This document shows, piece after piece, positions 8,634 to 16,652 of a DNA stretch of 21,854 nucleotides. Source of the stretch: Candidatus Bathyarchaeota archaeon (GTDB taxonomy: Archaea; Thermoproteota; Bathyarchaeia; Bathyarchaeales; Bathycorpusculaceae). The position numbers and the translations under genes were made by a program. The notes beneath the pieces are model-generated. The model made no database searches. It was given only the letters and a program-made list of their open reading frames with translations, and was not told the origin of the DNA. The DNA is taken from positions 1 through 21,854 of the forward strand of contig CAVZJV010000002.1 in NCBI GenBank assembly GCA_963775685.1, read 5' to 3'. How positions within the stretch are numbered: the first letter of the stretch is position 1; the number at the start of each line of letters is the position of its first letter.

Positions 8634-8733
8634 TAAGACCTCTAATCGTCTGCTTTTTCCTTCTTTTTTTCTTTTTCCAAAATCGGCTGAAGAAACTAAT
8701 TTTTTTTACTTCTATGCTGACTTTCTTTGACAA
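8572..8733 (-). CDS. Lys-rich micro-ORF C (53 aa as read; about 30 aa if one A is missing from an A-run)
   Basis: GAGGTGA-tacta-TTG start; MSKKVSIEVKKISFFSRFWKKKK... Confidence 0.4.
   Translation of the reverse strand: MSKKVSIEVKKISFFSRFWKKKKRRKKQTIRGLIKTSLLCDLLLLLNLRLDGF
8623..8643. repeat. Perfect 10-bp inverted repeat between convergent frames
   Basis: AGAGGTCTTA-A-TAAGACCTCT. Confidence 0.7.
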
Positions 8734-8744
8734 TAGTATCACCT

Positions 8745-8825
8745 CTATTTTCTTTTCTTCTTTGCTTGCTCAAGTTTGGTAGAATCTACGGTTGCTTTAG
8801 GTTTCGCTTCAGGTTTCTTAGACAT
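8745..8825 (-). CDS. Lys-rich micro-ORF B, 26 aa
   Basis: GAGGTGA-agta-ATG; MSKKPEAKPKATVDSTKLEQAKKKRK*. Confidence 0.5.
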   Translation of the reverse strand: MSKKPEAKPKATVDSTKLEQAKKKRK

Positions 8826-8845
8826 TACTTCACCTCTTCGTTTTC

Positions 8846-8926
8846 TTATTTTTCTCTCTTTAAATCATTTGGAGCAATTAATGCATGAAGCATTAGTTCT
8901 TCTTTCTTGTTTCTTTTTTCTTTCAA
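8846..8926 (-). CDS. Charged micro-ORF A, 26 aa
   Basis: GAGGCGA-act-TTG just after the stop of 8940-9449; MKEKRNKKEELMLHALIAPNDLKREK*. Confidence 0.4.
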   Translation of the reverse strand: MKEKRNKKEELMLHALIAPNDLKREK

Positions 8927-8939
8927 AGTTCGCCTCTCA

Positions 8940-9449
8940 TTATTTCAAGCCATATAACTTTTCCATTTGTTTTGTTGCCTTTTCAGCAAGCTTATGTGTA
9001 TCGTCAACTTCCTTTTTATTCGTCATCTCATTATCGTTTTCATAGAAGTTTTTGACACAAGTCCAATAATCAATTAATGTATTGGCAAGTTTTTCAGAAA
9101 CAAAAATTTCGTAACCTTCGCATTTCTTTTTTATATAATGGGTTGAAAATGCAAGGTACGCCTCATTGTATCTTTTTAGCATTTCTTTTTCAGTTAATTC
9201 AATATATTCGCATTCTTTAGTGAATACTCTTGCCATTTTCTCTTTGGCAATAATGCTCCTATGATATCCCCGCATCAGCTCATCAAGGACAGCAATATTG
9301 CCATATAATTCCCTGTAGTATCCTTGTGCAGTTTTTCTTGCCTCAAAATCTTGTCCAGCCTTAAGCTGGTAAAAGCTAAAAAAAAGACTGAAAATTGCTA
9401 AAACCGCCCCATTGCCAATTATTAATGTAGCAATATCGAGCCAATTCAT
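8940..9449 (-). CDS. Hypothetical protein with N-terminal TM helix and helical soluble domain
   Basis: 169-aa ORF; hydrophobic residues about 6-29 followed by a charged helical region. Confidence 0.75.
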   Translation of the reverse strand: MNWLDIATLIIGNGAVLAIFSLFFSFYQLKAGQDFEARKTAQGYYRELYGNIAVLDELMRGYHRSIIAKEKMARVFTKECEYIELTEKEMLKRYNEAYLAFSTHYIKKKCEGYEIFVSEKLANTLIDYWTCVKNFYENDNEMTNKKEVDDTHKLAEKATKQMEKLYGLK

Positions 9450-9667
9450 TTTATATAATTCTCTTTCATTGTCTTTATGTGAGAGTTTTCGTTTTAAGCT
9501 TTTAGCTAAGATTAGGCAAGCATAGTTTTTTACTGTTTTCTTTTTTCTGTCTATTTGTCTTTGTGTCGTTTGGTGTGGTGTCGTTGTCTCGTGTGGTGTG
9601 GTGTTGTTGTGGCGGTTGTGGGGTGTTGAGGGGTATGAGAAAGAGAGGAGTAGTTAGTTAGAAATCA

Positions 9668-9697
9668 GAGAGAGAGAAAAGATTAAATTCTAATCCC
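9668..9697 (-). repeat. Right terminal inverted repeat / palindromic site 2
   Basis: Reverse complement GGGATTAGAATTTAATCTTTTCTCTCTCTC differs from 6518-6548 by 1 mismatch and 1 T-run indel. Confidence 0.85.
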
Positions 9698-9896
9698 ACA
9701 CACTTTAACGATTATTATTGGGTTGGGCTGTTTTAACAGATTAAAAGATAGTTTATTCTGGATAGGAAGTAGAAAGTAAATAATAATAAATAATGTATTT
9801 CTAAGAAGACTAAGACTAAGACGTATATTTCAGAAGACGAATTGAAAAGCTTAACTGTGTTTTTGCCCATTTAGCTTTTAATAGGTATGGGTTACC

Positions 9897-10400
9897 ATGC
9901 AATTTGAAAATGTGATTTTTCCCGATTCAGTAGGCTTTCAATGTACGAATTGTGGAGTTTGTTGCAGAGACGAGCCGCCAGATATCAATTTGAAAGAACA
10001 ACAAAGAATTGAAGCCAAAGGATTCGTGAATTTTTTGGAAGACCCTAATGACTCTTCTAACAGGAGCATTCGCAGAAAGAAAGACGGAAGCTGTTTCTTC
10101 TTAACTGAAGAAGGCACTTGTAAGGTTCAAGATGTCAAACCGTCAATATGCGTTTTGGAGCCATTTATTATAGCAGACTACGATTATAGAACAAATAGGA
10201 TTTTTGTTGACTTAAATCCGCTTGCAGTCAGAAACTGTAAAGGTATTTTCACCGGAGAAATGATTTTTCCAGAAGTAATTGGAAAAGCTGCCCAAACCAT
10301 CGTAAAAGAATCTTTAGAAATAGTCGCGAAGAAAACAGGACTTCCGGTTACAAATAGGAAAGTTTCTTCATTAACAAGGAAACTATTATTACGCTTTTGA
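9897..10400 (+). CDS. YkgJ-family (CxxCxxCC) Zn/Fe-chelating cysteine-cluster protein
   Basis: FQCTNCGVCC, GSCFFL..GTCKV..KPSICVLEPF and a distal Cys. Confidence 0.88.
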   Translation: MQFENVIFPDSVGFQCTNCGVCCRDEPPDINLKEQQRIEAKGFVNFLEDPNDSSNRSIRRKKDGSCFFLTEEGTCKVQDVKPSICVLEPFIIADYDYRTNRIFVDLNPLAVRNCKGIFTGEMIFPEVIGKAAQTIVKESLEIVAKKTGLPVTNRKVSSLTRKLLLRF

Positions 10401-10445
10401 TTAAGGTGTATAGTTGTTCGAGTTTATCTTTGTTATTAGTTCTTT

Positions 10446-10507
10446 GGATTAAATTTTAATCTTTTTTTCCCTCTGCATATTTCTAACTAAATATTTCTAC
10501 TCCTCTC
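10446..10507 (+). repeat. Third copy of the palindromic end motif with extended flank
   Basis: GGATTAAATTTTAATCTTTTTTTCCCTCTG..ATTTCTAACTAA..CTACTCCTCTC aligns, with two short gaps, to the reverse complement of 9643-9696. Confidence 0.8.
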
Positions 10508-10644
10508 GACCCTCTATTTGACTCCTATTCTCCCAAAACCATAAACCAAATATAACAATAAACAATTATTCATACACACTTGTAATAATTTTTTCTTGCG
10601 CAAATTTCTGGGTTTTTGAAAGCCAAGAAAAAATTAAAATCTAC

Positions 10645-11325
10645 ATGAATCGACGGTGTCTACATATGGCAGAGACAACACAAGAAAACAAAAAAACTGA
10701 GTATTCGCTCCAAAATGCACTGAATAAACTTGCAATAATACTTAAAATTATTTTTGATGATAACCAAGATGTCTTCTTAAAAAAACCAGAAGAAGTTAGT
10801 GTGGGATTACTAAACAAGTTGTCTGATTCATTTATTTTACTTTCAACGCTATTTCAAGAAGTTATTGAAGAATGGTTTGGTTCTGAGTTAGACGGGTTTG
10901 ATGCTATTAAAAGGTCTGAAGAATTGGAAGACCGACTAGATACTGAGGTATCTGAGACTGATAAACTGGACTTTGAGCAAATAAGAAAAATCATGAACAG
11001 GATGAATAGAATTGACGATGCTTTAGACAGCTTAGAGAAAATATCCTTTTATCTAAAATATTATGAGGACCTATGCAAACAAAAAGGTCTTACTGCGTAT
11101 GCTAACTTGGCAGAAATTTTTAGAGTTTATGGGGTTGAAGAATTTGCCAAAATCCTAAGAAGTGAAGCAAAGAAACATCGGAAACAAATAGAGCGAAGTA
11201 ATTTGTACAATAACATGTACAATCAAGCTAAACTGAACACAAAGACATTGAAAATAGCTTATACAGCCTTAGGTGTCTCTATTTTGTTCGCTATTCTTAC
11301 AGTATTGGATTTGCTTTTGAAGTAA
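10645..11325 (+). CDS. Hypothetical helical/coiled-coil protein with C-terminal TM anchor (start may be 10666)
   Basis: 226-aa ORF with charged helical composition and hydrophobic C-terminus IAYTALGVSILFAILTVLDLLLK. Confidence 0.75.
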   Translation: MNRRCLHMAETTQENKKTEYSLQNALNKLAIILKIIFDDNQDVFLKKPEEVSVGLLNKLSDSFILLSTLFQEVIEEWFGSELDGFDAIKRSEELEDRLDTEVSETDKLDFEQIRKIMNRMNRIDDALDSLEKISFYLKYYEDLCKQKGLTAYANLAEIFRVYGVEEFAKILRSEAKKHRKQIERSNLYNNMYNQAKLNTKTLKIAYTALGVSILFAILTVLDLLLK

Positions 11326-11623
11326 CGAACACTTTTGTAAGGAAGCAGTCAACTGGTTCCTTAATTGGTGAAAATGGTTTTAAATTAGTGTCGGTGTGGG
11401 ATAAAATTTTTTTTAGCCTGCAAACTTGAGGATTTACGAAATCAATTAACCTTTTTATCAATTAAGAGTAGTTGTCGGACATAAATGACCTTTCGGATTT
11501 ACCAACAGTCTTCAACACATGATATTGAGATATGATGGAGCGCTAAGAATAACGATTTGCGCTCTGTTGCTGTGAGGGCACAATCACAATGGTATATTTA
11601 ACGTTATTACGCCAATAGTTTAG

Positions 11624-11806
11624 GTGAAAGTTTTGTCGAAAGTTCAACCTCATCCTGGTCATGAAAAGCACCTCTGCAAAATGGTAGAGGACAAAGTACC
11701 AATAGAGCAGATAAAGCCCCTTGTCAAAGACGCGAAATATATCTGCAAAGGCTGTATGCGCACAGCGGCCAAAGCAGAAAATCTTTGCGCCCCAGAAAAA
11801 CTCTAA
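11624..11806 (+). CDS. Small Cys/His metal-binding protein (start probably TTG 11633)
   Basis: HEKHLC...YICKGCMRTAAKAENLCAP pattern; AGGTGA SD before TTG 11633; T-rich tract after the stop. Confidence 0.75.
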   Translation: MKVLSKVQPHPGHEKHLCKMVEDKVPIEQIKPLVKDAKYICKGCMRTAAKAENLCAPEKL

Positions 11807-11808
11807 AC

Positions 11809-11824
11809 TTCTTTCCTTTTTTTT
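11809..11824 (+). terminator. Oligo-T archaeal terminator-like tract
   Basis: TTCTTTCCTTTTTTTT directly after the 11806 stop. Confidence 0.5.
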
Positions 11825-12114
11825 GTGAGACTATTTACTGATAGTTCTTCTATTTCAAACCGTAAATTAATTTTTTGTTAGGTTACTTAAGAAACTGGGA
11901 ATTCGAGTTTGTGCCTTGTTGCCAAATTCCATTAGTGCGAATACAAGGCTTTTGTCCATTTTAAAATAAGCTGTACCGCGAGAGTTTCGTATGAGTCTTT
12001 GATAGTTGTGCATTCTTACCATTATTGCAACACCCAGAAAGTAGCCCAAGCTATGGCTAAGGTGCTTGATGCACAGGTGAGTTCTCTGCTGGAGTGTGAA
12101 GTCGAACCTTACGG

Positions 12115-12342
12115 TTACTTGAACCTCTGAGTTTCACAGTCTCTGCAAAGCGGAATACGAAACCCATTCACCGAAATTTTATACGTTGGATAAGAAATTG
12201 GTTTTTTACATTTATTATAGTAGAAGCCTTGGTGATCAAAAGTAAGTCCTGAGGTGGATTGGGAGTTGGTCTTCACTTTTTCAGTTTGAACTTGCTGTAG
12301 GGTATTTTCGACGCATCTTGTGTAGCCATTATTATCCTGCAA
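12115..12342 (-). CDS. Possible small degenerate Zn-ribbon protein; start uncertain
   Basis: C-terminal YNKCKKPI...LCRDC looks like a CxxC pair with the first Cys lost; overlaps the peptidase stop. Confidence 0.3.
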   Translation of the reverse strand: MQDNNGYTRCVENTLQQVQTEKVKTNSQSTSGLTFDHQGFYYNKCKKPISYPTYKISVNGFRIPLCRDCETQRFK

Positions 12343-13861
12343 TATTTTTGATTTTTTGTACTAAAATTGCTGCGTCGGGGCTGCCTATACCTGTGGGTGA
12401 ATCCCAGCCTTTGGTTGCACTGTAGCCAGGAAAATTGTTGCCTGTTGGGTATGTGTTGTCGCCTGACTTAATATCGTGTATAGCGCTTGTTTTGTAGAGG
12501 TAATCCCTATGTGCGTACAACTCCGGGTTGATGTATCCAAGGCTATGACCCGCATACTGACTGGCGATGGCAGTTAAAGCAGCCCAGAAGGGAGAACCTG
12601 CACTGGTTCCGCCAATAATAGTGGCTATGGGAAAACCGGGCGATGCAGCGCTCAAAAATATTGGCCCCAGGCCACCATATACACCGCTGTTGAAAGAAAC
12701 GTCAGATGTACATCTTCCAGTTGGATTAATGGTAACGCCTGTTGCGTCAGTTAGGGTTATTCCTTTTTGCCAACTTGGCAACGGAAACAAGGAACTCATA
12801 GCACCGCCTGCTGTAACCATGTCAAATGGGTAAGGAAAGCCGTCGGCTGTCATGGCTTGATAGTCGTTACCTGCAATTTCGTAAGAGTATTTGATTCCGA
12901 CATGGTTTTGGCTATCCCACGATTGAGTTCCCTCCAAAAACCCATCGGCACATTTCATAAATAGGTTTGTCCCGCCCACTGCTGTAACATACGGGTCAGA
13001 GGCTGGGAAAAAAGCATTGTTGTAATCTGCCTCGTTTGACGCTCCCCAATCTCCCGAACCTGCAAAAACTGTTATACCCGCACCAGCAGCTGATTTGTAG
13101 ATGGCGTTGGCAATTCGCACTTGCCTAATTGCATTCTGACTTGTTATCGTGGATTCTGGGTCACCCCAGCTTATTGAAATTGCACAGCCAAGATGGTGAA
13201 TAATTGAGTAAAGTACAGCGAAGTCCATCGGTCTATTATTACTGTTGGGGGCGATAACTAGCGCAATATCTGCCTGGGGCGCAATGGCATGAACCATGCT
13301 GACATCTAGGGTGGTTTCAGTGCTCCAACTCAGTTGAATTGGGTCGTTTGCATCGAATGCTGGTTTACCCATGGGGTAGTAAATGTGGAGATGGTTTTTT
13401 ACTTCTTTAAGTGTTGTCCAGGGTAGGCTTGCGCCGTTTGCATTTTGCCACTGAATAAACATCAATAAATCCTCATATATGGTTGGGCTGCCGTAAGCAT
13501 CAACAATCACTACAGTTTGACCTTTTCCGGTATACCCCAAAGAATAGAGCGGGTTTAGGTCGTAGGCATTGCGTAACTCAAACACAGTATTAGCCATGAT
13601 GCCTTCTGCATAACTGGTGATGGTTGCCTTCGGGTGGACTTGGTATTGGAAGGCGGATCCATCAACCCACCCTTTGTAGTTAGTGTCTAGGTTTGGTTCG
13701 CTTGCGTTACTTGTTGTCATGGCGTATGCATTTGGAACAGCTGAAATAGTGAACAAAATACATATGGTCAGAATTAAGCTTGAAGTTTGTCTTCTCTTCA
13801 CATTGGGTCCTCGACTGATAGATAAGCGAACAACATTTATATATTTTATCTTATTACTCAC
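12332..13861 (-). CDS. Secreted S53 (sedolisin/kumamolisin) family serine peptidase
   Basis: Catalytic ETTLDV (Glu/Asp), oxyanion GSGDWG, nucleophile GGTSAGSP, Ca-binding HDIKSGDN..GWDSPTGIGSP, signal peptide ending AYA. The true start may lie about 20 codons downstream. Confidence 0.93.
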   Translation of the reverse strand: MSNKIKYINVVRLSISRGPNVKRRQTSSLILTICILFTISAVPNAYAMTTSNASEPNLDTNYKGWVDGSAFQYQVHPKATITSYAEGIMANTVFELRNAYDLNPLYSLGYTGKGQTVVIVDAYGSPTIYEDLLMFIQWQNANGASLPWTTLKEVKNHLHIYYPMGKPAFDANDPIQLSWSTETTLDVSMVHAIAPQADIALVIAPNSNNRPMDFAVLYSIIHHLGCAISISWGDPESTITSQNAIRQVRIANAIYKSAAGAGITVFAGSGDWGASNEADYNNAFFPASDPYVTAVGGTNLFMKCADGFLEGTQSWDSQNHVGIKYSYEIAGNDYQAMTADGFPYPFDMVTAGGAMSSLFPLPSWQKGITLTDATGVTINPTGRCTSDVSFNSGVYGGLGPIFLSAASPGFPIATIIGGTSAGSPFWAALTAIASQYAGHSLGYINPELYAHRDYLYKTSAIHDIKSGDNTYPTGNNFPGYSATKGWDSPTGIGSPDAAILVQKIKNIAG

Positions 13862-14007
13862 GAATCATAGCTTATGACACGTTAGAAACAGCAAACCTCG
13901 TCTATATGCATGTGGCTTCGCTCAGCAAGTAAAACAAGCCACTCAGAAAAATTATCAAAATCCTTTTAAATTTAACAGAAGAAATACCTTTCTCGGTTGT
14001 TGAAGAA

Positions 14008-14817
14008 ATGGGTAAATGTCCAAATTGCGGTGCCTCGTACCTGTTTTCTACTCCATCCGAAAAATGTAATTGGTGCGGAAAAGTTAGCTGTGCAAAATGC
14101 CTACCCGTTTGGCCTGACTCCTTCCCGGTCAAAAGTTCACGAGAAAACGGACAAGGGGAAGCAAAATATAGACACCTATAACTTTTTGCTCTAACTCCTG
14201 TTCTGAAAATTTTTGGAATCTCGTGCTGAAGTATCCATTAACAGATGTAGGTACAGACATTCCTGGATTTGGAAAAAATCTACGCAAATTATTCTATACC
14301 GCAATTCTTAATGCGTTGAATCGCGCGCCCGAACTCCGAGCTGAGGCAATGAATAGAGTAAATTGGGCTATTGAAAAATGAGACAGGACCCTTTGTTGCA
14401 ATTCCCATGGGTTTTCTTGATGACGGTACACTTGAGGTCAATTGTAGGGATTTCGTTACTGAATTTGCTCAGCTTGGATATTCAGCCCTTGCATTAAATC
14501 TTGAAAAGTGTGGCCGCCCTTTGGACGCAGCAAAAATCTACGAAGAAAAATTAAAAATGTATCACAAGGCTCGACTACTCAGACAAAACGAAAAACAGGT
14601 CATTTCAAAACACACTGACGTTTCCGTTAATCTGAATGAATTGCTAAAGCAAGTAAAAAATGGCGGAATAGTTGCAATATATCGTTGTCCTCACTGCAAC
14701 GGAACCCTCAAGGTTAACGATAAAACATCTTTAAAATCGCTAAAAACCTGTGAACATTGTGGTTCAGAACTCGAGACAGTTGACTTGGCTGATTTCCTCA
14801 GAACAGCATTATCATAG
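14008..14817 (+). pseudogene. Multi-Zn-finger protein with frameshifts near 14170-14187 and 14373-14378
   Basis: ATG 14008 gives MGKCPNCGASY..CNWCGKVSCAKC; a second frame gives FCSNSCSENFW..VNWAIE; ORF 14371-14817 has a TPR-like helix (ALNLEKCGRPLDAAKIYEE) and C-terminal CPHC/CEHC ribbon. Confidence 0.7.
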
Positions 14818-15206
14818 AAGGGTTCTATCCTTTACAGAATTATTGTTTAGGATTCTATTATCCTTATTTGTGAATGACCATGCAAATATAAAAAAAAGAA
14901 TGGAGCTAAAGAAATTATTAATAAAATCATTGAACTAACGGAATCAAATTCTTCTTCAGATTCAAAATGGCTCTATAAAAAAAACAACGCAAAGAAGAAA
15001 AATTGCAACAAAAAGGAAGCTGGAGTCAGGAATTAAAAAGAGAGCGCTTTGGTCAATAGGGGTAGTATCTAAATACGTTGTTTCTTACGACAAGTTCATT
15101 GACATATAATATTTCGCAGGAACTTGAGAGGTATTCAATTTGAACACGGTAAAAATATCAACGGATAAAATTAATAAAATTTTTGAACTACACGCTTATA
15201 TGTGTT

Positions 15207-15232
15207 GATTAAAATTTAGTCACACCCAAACG
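15207..15232 (-). repeat. Possible degenerate fourth copy of the palindromic motif
   Basis: Plus strand GATTAAAATTTAGTC is 14/15 to the site 1 core. Minus strand reads CGTTTGGGTGTGACTAAATTTTAATC, echoing the CGTTTGGGT flank of site 1. The TTTTCTCTC tail is missing. Confidence 0.35.
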
Positions 15233-15291
15233 CTCGAATCTATAACCAACGAAACCTGTCTGCTTTTAGAAAGATAACTTATCATGGTTTA

Positions 15292-16242
15292 CTATTGTGA
15301 TGCTAGCTCAAGTTTTCTTTTGGCTTCTTCAATGGCTTCAAATTTTTGCTTACTCAAGACGGGAAATTTGATACCCAAAGACAGTATGCTTGTGGTAATG
15401 TCCGCAACTAATGAACGCGCTAGCCATTTGTAGTCTGCTGGAATGATATACCAGGGTGCATATTTCGTGCTTGTATTGTTTATGGTATCTTCATACGCTT
15501 TGGTGTAATCATCCCAATATTCCCTTTCTTTAAGGTCAGTATCCGAAAATTTCCAATATTTGTCAGGGTTGTTTAAACGTTCAACCAAGCGTTTTTCCTG
15601 TTCGTTTTTAGAAATATGCAAAAAAAACTTTAAAATCACTGTTCCATTTCGAACAAGATGATGTTCAAAATTTGTAATATCCTCGTAGCGGTTTTTCCAA
15701 AACTCGCTATTATATTTTCTCGCCGGAAGATTTTGTTTTTCTAAAAGATTTCTATGAACTTTAACAATCAAGACTTCTTCGTAGTATGATCTGTTAAAGA
15801 TGCCAATCTTGCCTTTTTCAGGTAAAGCCACGGCCTGTCTCCATAAGAAATTGTGCTCTAACTCCATCGTAGAAGGCTGCTTAAAACTTGTTACCTGACA
15901 ACCTTGCGGGTTAACTCCCGACATTACATGTTTGATGATGCCATCTTTGCCAGCTGCATCCATACCTTGCAAGATCACAAGTAAAGCGTAAGTACTATTT
16001 GCATAAAGCAACTCCTGCGCTTTAGTCAATTCTCGGCGGTTCTGCTCTAACAGCGTATTAGCCATTTTCTTTAATTTGCCTTTTCCCAAAAATTTTGCTT
16101 CCTCATTTTGCGCCCACCCAGTATCAAAGTCTTTCAGTTTTATTTTTGAATTAACTGAGACCTTTCCTTTATAGCAGGCGTCCGTGAAACATGCCATTTC
16201 TTCAATTTGGGCACTTGGCTTGGTCAGCATGTTAATTTCCAT
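15292..16242 (-). CDS. ppk2: Polyphosphate kinase 2 family protein (class III-like)
   Basis: Walker A QGMDAAGKDG, VNPQG, FKQPS..E..H.FLWR, FNRSYYEEVL, KFFLHISK.EQ..R, WKFS..DL.ER..WDDY, APWYIIPAD.KW. Confidence 0.93.
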   Translation of the reverse strand: MEINMLTKPSAQIEEMACFTDACYKGKVSVNSKIKLKDFDTGWAQNEEAKFLGKGKLKKMANTLLEQNRRELTKAQELLYANSTYALLVILQGMDAAGKDGIIKHVMSGVNPQGCQVTSFKQPSTMELEHNFLWRQAVALPEKGKIGIFNRSYYEEVLIVKVHRNLLEKQNLPARKYNSEFWKNRYEDITNFEHHLVRNGTVILKFFLHISKNEQEKRLVERLNNPDKYWKFSDTDLKEREYWDDYTKAYEDTINNTSTKYAPWYIIPADYKWLARSLVADITTSILSLGIKFPVLSKQKFEAIEEAKRKLELASQ

Positions 16243-16652
16243 CTCTTAAGAATCAAGTGATTCTTGTTGATTGAACTAAAATCTAATGGTGCTTAAAAGG
16301 TGTGTTAACATAGAAAACATATTTAAAATAATTATTCGCCCAAAAACTGTGGAAGAGAGGCGCAAAAACTTTCTTCTAATTAATTTATGTCTCAAGAAAT
16401 ACGTGTCTTATTCTTCTTTAGACATACATTACTATAATATCTACTCCTCCTTCCTACCATATCCAAGGTAAGCCATGTTTATCAACGGTTAATTTGGAAT
16501 AAAACAGTCACAAACCCTTGGTAATCGTCATAGTTTGTGTGGGGTTAACTTTTAATTTACTGCCCGTTGATTATTGATCTTAGTTATTGGCTTTGGGATT
16601 CATAAGTCTAATAAAAAAGAAATACTTCAACTGATTTGTTGTTGATTGCCTG

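Larger units (their letters stand above)
6518..9697. mobile_element. Putative TIR-bounded element carrying a Cas1 remnant (casposon-like, non-autonomous or internally deleted)
   Basis: 30-31 bp inverted repeats at both ends, a 17-bp subterminal inverted repeat (16/17), an internal cas1-like fragment and accessory cargo. No polB and no target-site duplication seen. Confidence 0.5.

Noticed and set aside
8776-9045. 89-aa plus-strand ORF
   Set aside because: Phe/Ser-rich antisense shadow of Lys-rich minus-strand frames.
6490-9730. Target-site duplication around the TIR-bounded element
   Set aside because: The immediate flanks (..GGGTTTG vs ACACACTTT..) do not match. The TTGGGTTGGG near 9718 is not adjacent and is low complexity.
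8000-9900. CRISPR array or cas operon near the cas1 fragment
   Set aside because: No regularly spaced repeat-spacer units and no other cas genes seen.
1673-11330. Canonical integron attC sites or an integron integrase
   Set aside because: No RYYYAAC...GTTRRRY paired hairpins found by eye after the genes, and no tyrosine recombinase in the window.
11394-11414. GTGTGGGATAAAATTTTTTTT as another copy of the end motif
   Set aside because: Lacks the TAATC arm; the match is short and AT-rich.
12567-14194. ORFs 12567-12833, 12767-12964, 13683-13877, 13902-14132 and 13997-14194
   Set aside because: Antisense or off-frame shadows of the S53 peptidase and the 14008 Zn-finger gene.
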